Source: a virus (Duplodnaviria > Heunggongvirae > Uroviricota > Caudoviricetes). Taken from it: a DNA stretch of 53,728 nucleotides. Made by a program: the position numbers and the translations under genes. The DNA is taken from the IMG/VR virus record IMGVR_UViG_3300033233_000005; one strand, given 5' to 3'. Under the pieces are notes generated by a model. That model saw nothing but the letters and a program-made list of their open reading frames with translations, searched no databases and was not told where the DNA came from. Positions 37,690-46,990 of this stretch are shown one piece after another (positions within the stretch are counted from its first letter, which is position 1; every line of letters begins with the position of its first letter).

Positions 37690-37940
37690 AAGAGATTTGG
37701 GATACAGCATGGGCGCATATCTGGGACTGGATAGCGTCTTCCAGCAAAGCACATCACACAGTACTATTAATTACAGCAATCACGTTTGCAGTGGCCGTAA
37801 TCAAACTTAAAGCCGATGCAACCATTATAGCCGCCATTGGCGGTGTATTAGTGGCCATTTATGGCACCAATGCATGGGCCGGGCGTAAACCCGCCTCAGC
37901 TACTCCTACGCCGCCACCAGTAGAAGAAGACAAGAAATAA
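37686..37940 (+). CDS. small two-TM protein, holin-like
   Basis: VLLITAITFAVAVI and TIIAAIGGVLVAIY; charged C-terminus EEDKK. Confidence 0.45.
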   Translation: MKEIWDTAWAHIWDWIASSSKAHHTVLLITAITFAVAVIKLKADATIIAAIGGVLVAIYGTNAWAGRKPASATPTPPPVEEDKK

Positions 37941-38146
37941 TGTGGACTAAGGCCGCTGATAGTAACAAGACATATCGGGTCACTATGCAGGTTGATCTGA
38001 TACTACAGGGTACAGATGAGGATGACGTTACCATAAGAGCATTTGAAACCATGGAGATACTGCGCGACCATATGGACCCGTCATCTACTGAAGTCATAGA
38101 TACCAAAGAAGATGCTAACGTTCCGGCAGAAGTTAAACCAGCTTAG
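37940..38146 (+). CDS. hypothetical protein
   Basis: TAATG overlap; starts MWTKAAD. Confidence 0.65.
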   Translation: MWTKAADSNKTYRVTMQVDLILQGTDEDDVTIRAFETMEILRDHMDPSSTEVIDTKEDANVPAEVKPA

Positions 38147-38155
38147 GAGGAATAT

Positions 38156-38524
38156 ATGGATAATGGAGTTAAGGGATTAGTGATGCGGGCGTTTGCATAC
38201 CAGGACAAGAATGACCAACTGCGTGCGGCATTCTTAATGGGTGTGGCCACTGAGAAATTATGGAAATCAGCCGCCGCTGAGATGAAGAAGAAACATTGGG
38301 CTGAAATTAAAGCTGGATTGGTGGCATTACGTAAGCCATGGAATGGAGAAATAGATCCAAGCCATGCTGCTGTAAAAGATATTGTATGCAAGGTGCTGCA
38401 GAAGCACGGTGTATACCCATATCCAGAATTGGTACATGGCATACTGGGACATAATCCCTTCCAGACTGCTGGGATAATACCAGACTACGTTGGCGATCAG
38501 TCTCATTCTACTAGAGAGTCGTGA
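38156..38524 (+). CDS. hypothetical protein
   Basis: AGGAGG SD. Confidence 0.7.
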   Translation: MDNGVKGLVMRAFAYQDKNDQLRAAFLMGVATEKLWKSAAAEMKKKHWAEIKAGLVALRKPWNGEIDPSHAAVKDIVCKVLQKHGVYPYPELVHGILGHNPFQTAGIIPDYVGDQSHSTRES

Positions 38525-38721
38525 ACGGGACCCATTTAGCAGTAGCCGCTTCCCATCTTCAATCTTTGATTGAAGACATTGACAGCTGTGTTCTACCAGA
38601 AACGGACGACAATAGAACACAAATGGTTCTATCGGACATACAGGCTTCTCTAGATGGGATTAGGCATAGGGTGGGTATACTGTTAGATCTAGTCAAACAG
38701 GACACTGATGAGTCTGAATAG
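38521..38721 (+). CDS. hypothetical protein
   Basis: GTGA overlap; helical. Confidence 0.55.
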   Translation: MNGTHLAVAASHLQSLIEDIDSCVLPETDDNRTQMVLSDIQASLDGIRHRVGILLDLVKQDTDESE

Positions 38722-38944
38722 AGATGATTTGGATAGGTTGATTATGTATGCTGTGGGTATACAAGAAAAATTTGAGACCATTAGGAACCACATTTACAGT
38801 TCAGAAGAAGAGTACAATGAGGATCAGGTAGTAATAGCCGTAATCAATACCGAGCATTCTATTGAGCGCTTAAATGAATCTATTAGATATCTAGATGAGG
38901 AAGCACAAAGTGCCGAACTTGAGTCAGCAATTGAGCAAATTTAG
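38708..38944 (+). CDS. hypothetical protein
   Basis: Acidic helical ORF. Confidence 0.6.
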   Translation: MSLNRDDLDRLIMYAVGIQEKFETIRNHIYSSEEEYNEDQVVIAVINTEHSIERLNESIRYLDEEAQSAELESAIEQI

Positions 38945-38951
38945 AGAAGCG

Positions 38952-39365
38952 ATGCTGATGCGCAAGCGTCGCAACGTTGATCCTACCAGCTATACTTATA
39001 GTCCAACCGATTCAGTTGGAACCAGTGGCGATCATGTTACCAGAGAAGAACTGAAGAACGTGTTCGATGATTATGAGGATGGTCAGAAAGTAGGTGAGCC
39101 ATTTACCACCACATACGGTAGTGGCAAATGTGCATATTGTGGGGATATATTGGTCAATCATGGTGGCCAATTTTGGTGTAATACATGCAGGAAACAAATA
39201 GAGTCATTCGGGGAATTTGAATCTCATTCAGATGGTGTTGATCGTCCCCAATTCCGTACCGACGGAGTCGGGGATGGGGCCTGGAATCTACCAGCAGATG
39301 GGGATGTCGGCTATGATCTAAGCCAGTACCCCCGGTTAGACCCCAGTACACAGCGCGGATTCTAA
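38952..39365 (+). CDS. Zn-ribbon protein
   Basis: CAYC...WCNTC. Confidence 0.6.
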   Translation: MLMRKRRNVDPTSYTYSPTDSVGTSGDHVTREELKNVFDDYEDGQKVGEPFTTTYGSGKCAYCGDILVNHGGQFWCNTCRKQIESFGEFESHSDGVDRPQFRTDGVGDGAWNLPADGDVGYDLSQYPRLDPSTQRGF

Positions 39366-39395
39366 TTGACAGGTTATACGCATAGGAGATAGAAT
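39366..39395 (+). promoter_or_regulatory. sigma70-type promoter
   Basis: TTGACA-18 nt-TAGAAT; predicted +1 falls at about ATG 39402. Confidence 0.6.
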
Positions 39396-39401
39396 ATAGA
39401 T

Positions 39402-39596
39402 ATGGAAGAGCCAATTGTAATCCAGGGTAGCGTTCAGAACGCTGAAATCATAGAACCGAAGAAGTGCACATGCGACAATTGTGGCAATGTGATATCTATT
39501 GCTGGTAGCATAATGTTTGGTGATCGGATATCGGTGTTAGCCGCCGACACCACCAGCATCTCATGTCCAAAATGCTATGCGTTGGTTAGACTATAA
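39402..39596 (+). CDS. small Zn-ribbon protein
   Basis: CDNC...CPKC. Confidence 0.65.
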   Translation: MEEPIVIQGSVQNAEIIEPKKCTCDNCGNVISIAGSIMFGDRISVLAADTTSISCPKCYALVRL

Positions 39597-40585
39597 TGCC
39601 TGATCGTTGGGGAATGCCTCTTGAAGATGATATAGTAATCAACGCCGCAGCGGAAGTTTCTGCAGTGGATGGATCTCTACTGCACGAATTATGGCCTTCG
39701 GTAGTGCGGGCCACGCATCCTGAAACCGGCAATACCAGGTTAGAAGTCAATCAATCAATTTTCCTACCACCAGATTTTGATAGATTCGTGGTAGTACGGA
39801 CTAGAGCCGTCAGTGCCTTTGAAAAATATGGTCCGAATATCAATGGAGATGCCTTCCCAGCCGATGAATTGCAGAAGGCCGCCCACACCTGGATAGCTAA
39901 GGGCTTCTATATTGAGCATCAGTCTCACGATCCGCGTAATGCGGTAGGTATTATCGCGTATTCAAACTGGCTTCCTGAGGAACAGTTTATCGAGCAAATT
40001 GCGTTTATAGACAAAGAACGATTCCCACGGGAAGCCAGAATGATACGTGATACCCTCCATGCTAAGACGGCAGGAGTTTCTATTGGTTGTATTGCCGGTA
40101 CCGCTCAATGCTCCTATTGTGGTAACGTGGCCAAGAAGAAGCACGAGATATGTGCCCACATGGACCGCAATAACTCCATGTGCATCAAGGGCCGTAAGAA
40201 GACTAGTGGTGAATTTATGGCTTACGATCTGTGTAAGCATTTAGTGGGATATGAACTATCCCAGACCAGGGCACCAGCTGACAGAGATGCCATGTCCAAC
40301 ATGGTTATGGGTACTACCGTTAGGCTAGGTGAGAAGGAAGAGACTAAGGGGGCACCCGTGGAGATGGCTCCAGCCGATACCTCTACCCCCACTCCCCTAA
40401 CCGAAGAGGGGTTATCCAAGATGGTTCAGACCATCGTAAACGCCGTCATTCGTAGTCGCATGCATAAGCTCATTAAAGGGGAGATCGAGAAGCAACTTGG
40501 TGAGCGCCTGCGGGATCTACAGGTAGAAATGAAGCCAGCTATCAAGGAGCTGGTATCCGAGAAGAAGGGTATGCTGCCTAAATGA
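39596..40585 (+). CDS. prohead maturation protease (putative) with Zn finger
   Basis: NINGDAFP..EL, FYIEH, GVSIGC, CSYC...CAH, YELS; lies between portal and scaffold/MCP. Confidence 0.7.
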   Translation: MPDRWGMPLEDDIVINAAAEVSAVDGSLLHELWPSVVRATHPETGNTRLEVNQSIFLPPDFDRFVVVRTRAVSAFEKYGPNINGDAFPADELQKAAHTWIAKGFYIEHQSHDPRNAVGIIAYSNWLPEEQFIEQIAFIDKERFPREARMIRDTLHAKTAGVSIGCIAGTAQCSYCGNVAKKKHEICAHMDRNNSMCIKGRKKTSGEFMAYDLCKHLVGYELSQTRAPADRDAMSNMVMGTTVRLGEKEETKGAPVEMAPADTSTPTPLTEEGLSKMVQTIVNAVIRSRMHKLIKGEIEKQLGERLRDLQVEMKPAIKELVSEKKGMLPK

Positions 40586-40917
40586 GTTGGACAATCACAT
40601 CTGCGGTAAAAGAATTTCAAGAATTAGAAAGTCATATTATTACTGCGGAAGGCATAAAAGTGTATGATTATATAAATAATCTAAAAGAATTAGAGATGTG
40701 GAACTTAAAAGAATTCATAGAGACTGTTAAGAATGCTCCAGCCATAAATATTACTTTCGTGTCACCTGAGGCATTATCTGGTATTCTAAATAAACCGGAC
40801 ATGGTAACCAATCAGGGAATAATAGTAATGCATAGTGGAACTGGCAGTGAAGGGGATGTGGCGCATGCGCTATTAAAGCATCTCCAGATACCTAATGAAG
40901 ACGGGGGTGAATTCTAG
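40582..40917 (+). CDS. hypothetical protein
   Basis: Starts MSWTITSA; AT-richer codons. Confidence 0.65.
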   Translation: MSWTITSAVKEFQELESHIITAEGIKVYDYINNLKELEMWNLKEFIETVKNAPAINITFVSPEALSGILNKPDMVTNQGIIVMHSGTGSEGDVAHALLKHLQIPNEDGGEF

Positions 40918-41057
40918 CTAGTTGCTCCGTTCACAATTTCGGCTTTCTTCTAGTATTTCCTACCGCAAGTATATTGACACCTATGCGTCTCCATGTACTA
41001 ATAATAGTAGACTACATTAATCATATCCAAATACACAGGGGGTGAGTAAACACACAC

Positions 41058-42155
41058 ATGGCACTGAAGATTAGATATGAAGCTGGGGATAACCTAGCCA
41101 ACTCCTACTTTATCGCTAGCGAAGAGGGTAAAGAGGATGTTGCAGTAAGGGCAAGTCACATCGTACACCCGAACCTTCAGAAGAAGGCCGAGGATGGTAA
41201 GTTGGCTGTAACCGAGAACGAGTACATTGAGCGGTTCCAGAAGTTGTGCAGTGATCTGGATTCATTCCAGAGAGTTGCGCTGGAAATCGCCTCCAATCAT
41301 GCGGTCCAGGCAGCAGCACATGACCAGCCGACCTATGCTACCGAGCCAGTTAAGCCTCAGAAGGCGCAAGCCGAACCCGAGGTTGCAGCTGAGCAGCAGT
41401 ACGTAGAGAAGGCCAAGGATAAGGGTGGAGACGGTTCAGTACGTAAGTACTTTGCCGGTCTACCAGCCAAGTCCGTTGGTGATCCTGTTCGCGCCGTTGA
41501 CGTTCATTCTTCAGAGGAAACCGCCGTTGATTCAGCCAAGGAAGAAGTTAAGCCGGAGGCCCAGCCTGAAGCCAAGACTGACGAGGTAGTAGCACCAGTT
41601 GCTGCCAAGAAGGTTGAGGTAAAGGCCGAGGAAACTCCAGCCGCTGCTCCTGCCGAGACTTCTAATGAGAAGGCTCTGATGGATGAATTGGCTAAGGTTG
41701 CCGCTGAGAATGAGGACTTAAAGGGCCAGCTAGCAGGTAAGGCCAAGGAAGGTGAGGTCTCCCAGGTCCTAGAACTCCTAACCGACATCGGTCTGGTTGA
41801 GGATGAGAAGGATAAGGAGAAGTACAAGAAGCAGCTGATGGGGCTCAATGAGCCTGCGATTGGCGTTCTTGAGACTATCCTCAAGGATGTGGCGGACTGC
41901 GTAGGAGATATGGATGGGGATAAGGGGCCTAAGGCTCCCAAGCCACCTTCAGCTCCTGGAGCAGCGCCCAAGCCGCCTGCTGGCCCTCCTAAGGGCGGCA
42001 TGCCTCCAATGGGCTTTGAAAAGAAGGAATCAATTGATGCACTTGGCAATATCCCGGCTACTCCTTGGACTGATCCAATCACGGTTGGTGCAGGTGTCTC
42101 TGACCTGTCCAATCTGATGTTGTTCGTGGATCGTCAAAAGGAATTAGCACGGTAA
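41058..42155 (+). CDS. capsid scaffolding protein (putative)
   Basis: Ala/Glu/Lys/Pro-rich with a coiled-coil; two genes before the MCP; AGGGGGTGA SD. Confidence 0.65.
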   Translation: MALKIRYEAGDNLANSYFIASEEGKEDVAVRASHIVHPNLQKKAEDGKLAVTENEYIERFQKLCSDLDSFQRVALEIASNHAVQAAAHDQPTYATEPVKPQKAQAEPEVAAEQQYVEKAKDKGGDGSVRKYFAGLPAKSVGDPVRAVDVHSSEETAVDSAKEEVKPEAQPEAKTDEVVAPVAAKKVEVKAEETPAAAPAETSNEKALMDELAKVAAENEDLKGQLAGKAKEGEVSQVLELLTDIGLVEDEKDKEKYKKQLMGLNEPAIGVLETILKDVADCVGDMDGDKGPKAPKPPSAPGAAPKPPAGPPKGGMPPMGFEKKESIDALGNIPATPWTDPITVGAGVSDLSNLMLFVDRQKELAR

Positions 42156-42199
42156 AAGTTTGAAGTAAAAATCAAAATTCAGGGGGTGATATCTAGACA

Positions 42200-42763
42200 A
42201 TGTCTAAGGCAGTAATTACTCCGGGACAGAGTTTCTTCACTTTCGGTGTTGAGACTCGTTCCATAACAGCTCTGAAGGACTCCACCAGAGACATCAGCAG
42301 CACATCAGACAACCTACTGGCCGGTGGCCCCGTTGCACTATTGAACGGATCAGCCGCAGCGGCAGTACGTGGCAAGTTGACCAACGTTACTATGACCAAT
42401 GTAGTGACATATGGTATCAGCGAAACCAACGCAAACACGTTTGATGGTAAGACCACTCTGGGTGAGTTCCGGGTAACGAAGGCCGATGTCGGTCTGAGTG
42501 GAATCTACACCGTACGCAAGAGTACGTTCCTGGACAATACCGGAACGGAAGTGGCGATTTCTCCATTCAGCGTAGCTAGCTTCGCTAGCGGTCTGCCGAC
42601 CACGGCTGAAATCGGTACTATTCTGACTGTGGGATTGGTTGATAACAGTGATGGACTGGGTTCCATCATCCGCTGGAATACTGGCGGTACAGCAACCACT
42701 CTATGGTCAGCGACGATCCTGGATGTGCGGGATGCAGCTGAAGTAGACCTTCTGATTCAGTAA
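42200..42763 (+). CDS. capsid decoration/cement protein (putative)
   Basis: Beta-rich 187 aa between scaffold and MCP; AGGGGGTGA SD. Confidence 0.5.
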   Translation: MSKAVITPGQSFFTFGVETRSITALKDSTRDISSTSDNLLAGGPVALLNGSAAAAVRGKLTNVTMTNVVTYGISETNANTFDGKTTLGEFRVTKADVGLSGIYTVRKSTFLDNTGTEVAISPFSVASFASGLPTTAEIGTILTVGLVDNSDGLGSIIRWNTGGTATTLWSATILDVRDAAEVDLLIQ

Positions 42764-42795
42764 AATCTAACTTTTGAGGGGGTGAGTTCTAACAA

Positions 42796-43809
42796 GTGTC
42801 ACTAGGTGTAGCGGAAGTAGGTCAGTTATCGCCTAAGCAGCGTAATCAGTTCATTGAAACGCTGTATAAGGTCGCTAGCCAGACGGATACCAGCAATAAT
42901 AATGAAGGTATCGACGTCCAGGGAGCGTCCCCATCGGTGCCAACCACTGCCATGAAGGAGCTAGAAGCTCGTTTTGACGCAGAATTGGCCCGTCCGGATG
43001 GACTACGCAGAATTGCGTTTGCTCTTCATCCGGTACTGAAGCGGCGTTTGGACTACCACGCGATCGGACGCAATAACATCCTGGTTGTCGATGAGATAAC
43101 TACGGGTGACGTGCCCTTCTACGATGTAGACCTGCCAGAATTCGGGGCAGTCTTCCTCGCGGGTCGCGGCGAGCCGACACGGGTATTCTCGAACGTTAAG
43201 CGTATCCAGTTCCCTACCTCTGCGCTGGCTGCTGTACAGCAGGTTGCGTATGAGGAAATCACGATCAGACGGTACCCCGTCTTTGACCGTGCCAAGGAGC
43301 GTGTCGCGATCTCCATTGCTATTGGAGAGGACGATGCAATCTTGGGAACTGGTGGTGTAGTTGACACGGCCTCTGGCCTGGTCAACACGGTGGTGTCTGC
43401 GACTTCACTGTCCAGACCCGTTATCGCGGAAATTGCGAAGCGGATTGTCAATAACCAGCTACCGTTTGCGACTCTCCTGATGCATCCCGTGCAGTATGCG
43501 GAAATCTGGAAGTGGTCGTCTAACGAGCTAGACCAGGTAACCCTAAATAAGGTCGTTGAGACCGGAATGGTGGGTTCCTACCTTGGCGCTCGCTTGCTAA
43601 TCAGCACGCGGGTTGACCGGGATAAGGTCTATGGATTGACAACTGCCGATAAGCTGGGACGTCTACCGGAAAGGAAGGCCGTCGAAGTCAAGATCTTTGA
43701 CAACGTGCCTCACCTGAAATACGACATCCTGGCGTGGGAGCAGATCGGAGTGGGTATTTTCAACACGGCCGGGGTCGCGAGAGCCGACATTCCAGCAGGC
43801 ACCATTTAA
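42796..43809 (+). CDS. major capsid protein (HK97 fold)
   Basis: RLDY..IGR...VVDE...GDVPFYD.D; RRYPVFDRAKER...GEDD; LLMHP..YAEI; G..LGARL; WEQIGVG. Confidence 0.88.
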   Translation: MSLGVAEVGQLSPKQRNQFIETLYKVASQTDTSNNNEGIDVQGASPSVPTTAMKELEARFDAELARPDGLRRIAFALHPVLKRRLDYHAIGRNNILVVDEITTGDVPFYDVDLPEFGAVFLAGRGEPTRVFSNVKRIQFPTSALAAVQQVAYEEITIRRYPVFDRAKERVAISIAIGEDDAILGTGGVVDTASGLVNTVVSATSLSRPVIAEIAKRIVNNQLPFATLLMHPVQYAEIWKWSSNELDQVTLNKVVETGMVGSYLGARLLISTRVDRDKVYGLTTADKLGRLPERKAVEVKIFDNVPHLKYDILAWEQIGVGIFNTAGVARADIPAGTI

Positions 43810-43844
43810 TCTAAACGATTAGATTGGACCTACGTTGAACAATA

Positions 43845-43868
43845 GGGGCGGGCCGAAAGGCCCGCCCC
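43845..43868 (+). terminator. GC-rich hairpin after the MCP gene
   Basis: GGGGCGGGCC-GAAA-GGCCCGCCCC, 10-bp perfect stem; U-tract absent. Confidence 0.6.
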
Positions 43869-43927
43869 GAATTGTGTCAAATCTAGAGAGTATCAAGTGC
43901 ATTTCTAAGCAGTGTTAACCATATTTA

Positions 43928-43956
43928 TTGACTACTTGCTGTGCGTATGCTATAGT
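43928..43956 (+). promoter_or_regulatory. sigma70-type promoter with extended -10
   Basis: TTGACT-17 nt-(TGc)TATAGT. Confidence 0.8.
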
Positions 43957-44112
43957 TAATAATAAATTATATGAAGACTTCGTTAGAAACAACGACAATA
44001 AGAACTCCCAATCCGCGTATTAAGAATAAGACCCCCAAACACCATTTATCCTTCATAGTACACGAGTCCAAGGGTTTCATACCGACTAAAGTTAATAAGG
44101 CCGTTTTAAAAG

Positions 44113-44325
44113 ATGCCACCAAAAGACACCACTCCTAACGATTTCTTGAATTTAATCGGAGGGATACATGAGATATCTCTCAAAATCAAAGCTAGATTGG
44201 TCACTTCTCAAGATGGTAAGAATCTCAATGATGCAATCGGCCTATTTCATCAAAAATATGGTACTTATCCTTCTATGGCCAGTTACTGGCTAGGTCAAGC
44301 TGATCGAGTGATTAAACAGAGGTGA
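44113..44325 (+). CDS. hypothetical protein
   Basis: GTGA overlap with the next gene. Confidence 0.5.
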   Translation: MPPKDTTPNDFLNLIGGIHEISLKIKARLVTSQDGKNLNDAIGLFHQKYGTYPSMASYWLGQADRVIKQR

Positions 44326-44564
44326 CTATGAAGAAACAAGAGACCATTGACGTCACATTGATCACGTTGGGTTCTGAGAAACAGGGTTGGATTCCTCCCC
44401 AAAAGATGTACCAGGAATTTACTACCAACCTATTGAGGGTGTTAAATGGTGGTGGGGGAGTGATAGTGACCGATCCGTTCGTAAGTATCAAGACATTGAA
44501 AATCCCCAAGAAGGGGATACTAGTAGCAAAAGGTCAAGAGATTACAGAATACAACATTTCCTAA
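44322..44564 (+). CDS. free-standing portal-clip-like protein
   Basis: 18/42 ungapped identities to the portal segment at 36709-36834. Confidence 0.75.
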   Translation: MTMKKQETIDVTLITLGSEKQGWIPPQKMYQEFTTNLLRVLNGGGGVIVTDPFVSIKTLKIPKKGILVAKGQEITEYNIS

Positions 44565-44578
44565 GGAGAATAACAAAA

Positions 44579-45409
44579 ATGGATGAAATTAAGATGGTAA
44601 AAATACACAACAAAACCAACACTGTCGTGATGATCGACAGCATGAGTGGCTATGGTGGCACTATCGGACCTTTCCAGACTGCAACGATGACTCAAGAACA
44701 TTATCACAAGCACATGGATGTGCTTGGAACATTGATAGCACGCGGGCTGCTCCAGGTATTAGGCGAGAGCGATGTCGTACCTAAGGTGCCAGTTGCTCCA
44801 AAGAAAAAATCTCCTGACGCTGTTAGCTTTATCAAGCGTCCAGAAGTTAAGGAAGATGAGGAGCCTGCGGTATCCGGTATTAAGGGTGGCCCAGATCAGG
44901 TTGATGATCTGGATGAAGCGGTTAGAGACCGTGATATCACCGAAGATGATGATCTTGAACAGGTAGGCGAACAGGTGGTTAAGGCCGGTAGAAATAAGAG
45001 TAAGGCAGTCCCTCTTATCGCTACAAAACCTGGTAAAAAGCCTCTCATAGTCAAGTCGGATAAGACCACATTGGCCTTGGACGATGATGATGACACTGGC
45101 AGCATTGTCGTACCTTCTATGGTACCCGGCAAGGCCAGAGTCAAGTCCATCACCGATATGACCGATGAGGACAGGGCTAAGCTTGCGGCTGAGACCGACA
45201 AGGTTTTAGAGAATCTAGCCAAGGAGAACAAGCTGCTTAGAGTAATTAACAACTATCATGGTTGGGATTATAATAAGCGCTTGCAGTTCATCACCAATAC
45301 TGAAGATGTGGACATCCTGAAGCAAATCATGCGGATGGAGAAAAAGGCCACTCTAGTCGATTCTGCCCGGAAGCGGATCAAGAAAATCACTGAGGAGGCT
45401 GTTGAATGA
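44579..45409 (+). CDS. hypothetical head/neck-region protein
   Basis: AAGGAG SD at ATG 44579; acidic disordered centre; C-terminal EDVDIL...EKK...SARKRI helical motif. Confidence 0.7.
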   Translation: MDEIKMVKIHNKTNTVVMIDSMSGYGGTIGPFQTATMTQEHYHKHMDVLGTLIARGLLQVLGESDVVPKVPVAPKKKSPDAVSFIKRPEVKEDEEPAVSGIKGGPDQVDDLDEAVRDRDITEDDDLEQVGEQVVKAGRNKSKAVPLIATKPGKKPLIVKSDKTTLALDDDDDTGSIVVPSMVPGKARVKSITDMTDEDRAKLAAETDKVLENLAKENKLLRVINNYHGWDYNKRLQFITNTEDVDILKQIMRMEKKATLVDSARKRIKKITEEAVE

Positions 45410-45876
45410 CGAACGATCAGGTACGGATAAAGGTATATAGTCGTACCCGCGAGGGAACGATTGTATTCTGGAACACCGATGTTCTTAGTAAGGAACAGAA
45501 GGAGAACATGTCCATCCTGATCAAGCAGATGGGAGAGACCAATTGGGTCCCTGCTCGCACGGCGCAGCCAAATACTGCGCTAATGCGTCCCATGGATTAC
45601 AATGTCATCTCTACCGTTATGATCTTGCATGACAAGAGCATAGACGAACACACTCCGTTTGATCTGCAAATGTCATTTGGCAAGACTGAAGTCAGGAATG
45701 CTAGTATCACCATAGAGGACAAGGCAGCCCATACTAGCTACGTGCGTCCTAAAAAGACCACCAGTGGTGAGTACGCTATGCCTATCACTAGCTCGGACAT
45801 GATCACTCTAGAGGATGGAACACGCGGAATACCGGTTATCATAGTCGGTGATCTGCGCAAAAAGGAAGACGCCTAA
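45406..45876 (+). CDS. hypothetical protein
   Basis: GAGGAGG SD. Confidence 0.65.
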   Translation: MTNDQVRIKVYSRTREGTIVFWNTDVLSKEQKENMSILIKQMGETNWVPARTAQPNTALMRPMDYNVISTVMILHDKSIDEHTPFDLQMSFGKTEVRNASITIEDKAAHTSYVRPKKTTSGEYAMPITSSDMITLEDGTRGIPVIIVGDLRKKEDA

Positions 45877-46604
45877 TGGCAGTTAGCGTTCAGTGGGCCG
45901 TACCTTCGGGTCTGACTCCTAACTTTAGTAAGACCATAATATTTAGGTCGCAGCAGGAGCAGCTGGGATATGAGAAATTGGCAGCTATCGATACATTTAA
46001 CACAGATGGTTCGCCAAACACTATATTCCTGGACGTCACTGGAACCAATAACAACTACTATGTCATCAGGTTCTTCGATAACAATGTAGAGTTCAATGAC
46101 TTCACCCTGGGGTTCCATTCGCTCAGCCCCAGGGAGAAGCGGCTTATTCTATATATTAAATCATGGATTCCGGAAATATTGAAGCCTGACCTAACCGATT
46201 TCGATATAGCCTTTTCATTGCGGTTGGCGATAAACGATTTCGTCATCCATCCACCTGAGACCCCGGAGTTTGCCGATATAGATTCCTTCCCTGCTACCTA
46301 TGAGCAGTTCTTGATAGTCGGTACCCAGGTAAAATTGGCTCAATTGAAATATTTGAAGCTCGGTATACGTGACTTCTCGTATTCTGATATGGGATTCTCA
46401 TTGAATGTCCAGCGTGGTGAAAAGATCGCCAAGGCCATAGAAGATTTGAATAGACAGTGGATTAACACGATTGATAAAGCCAAGTGGAATTTCATCAGCC
46501 AGGGATTGGGCCTTGGTACCATACCATTGCCAATCAGCATAGGTGGGAGCATCTCCAGGGGTGTGCTGAACGTTCTAGACTTGTTCACTGCGATGGGCAG
46601 ATAG
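45876..46604 (+). CDS. head-tail adaptor/neck protein (putative)
   Basis: Fn3-like N-terminus; AINDF..HPP.T; DFSYSDMGFSL; follows the MCP. Confidence 0.6.
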   Translation: MAVSVQWAVPSGLTPNFSKTIIFRSQQEQLGYEKLAAIDTFNTDGSPNTIFLDVTGTNNNYYVIRFFDNNVEFNDFTLGFHSLSPREKRLILYIKSWIPEILKPDLTDFDIAFSLRLAINDFVIHPPETPEFADIDSFPATYEQFLIVGTQVKLAQLKYLKLGIRDFSYSDMGFSLNVQRGEKIAKAIEDLNRQWINTIDKAKWNFISQGLGLGTIPLPISIGGSISRGVLNVLDLFTAMGR

Positions 46605-46605
46605 C

Positions 46606-46989
46606 ATGCCAGGTGGAATAGTATCAGGTGTATCCGGTGGTATCGATGGTACCATACCAGTAGACCCATCAAATGACCCATCCATACCAAGATTCCCTGT
46701 GCCTGATCCAGAAATAACGACACCAGGCGTACCAGAGGTCACACTGCCATCTCCTCTAAATTTCCATCTAACTGGCGTGTATTTTACTGCTGGTGGTCGT
46801 ATGCCAGTGCTGGCACACATAGATCTCAATGAAGGTGAAGGCGAAGTATCAACATTTTCAAACGTTACCAATACAGCATTTGACGTGTCGATGTCATATA
46901 CAACCGACCCAATAGACGACGACTACACCATAATAATAACCTTTAGTGATGGCAAAACTGCTGACATCGATATAATAGTGAATCCATAG
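46606..46989 (+). CDS. virion appendage/decoration protein (putative)
   Basis: MPGGIVSG N-terminus followed by an Ig-like beta region. Confidence 0.6.
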   Translation: MPGGIVSGVSGGIDGTIPVDPSNDPSIPRFPVPDPEITTPGVPEVTLPSPLNFHLTGVYFTAGGRMPVLAHIDLNEGEGEVSTFSNVTNTAFDVSMSYTTDPIDDDYTIIITFSDGKTADIDIIVNP

Positions 46990-46990
46990 T

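Noticed and set aside
40975-41005. Promoter before the scaffold gene
   Set aside because: TTGACA is present but no TAnnnT lies at 16-18 nt spacing; left uncalled, though it could be an alternative-sigma promoter
43971-44138. 55-codon ORF containing KGFIPTK, similar to portal KGFIPSK
   Set aside because: Only a 7-residue match with no SD and an overlap with the next ORF; chance cannot be excluded
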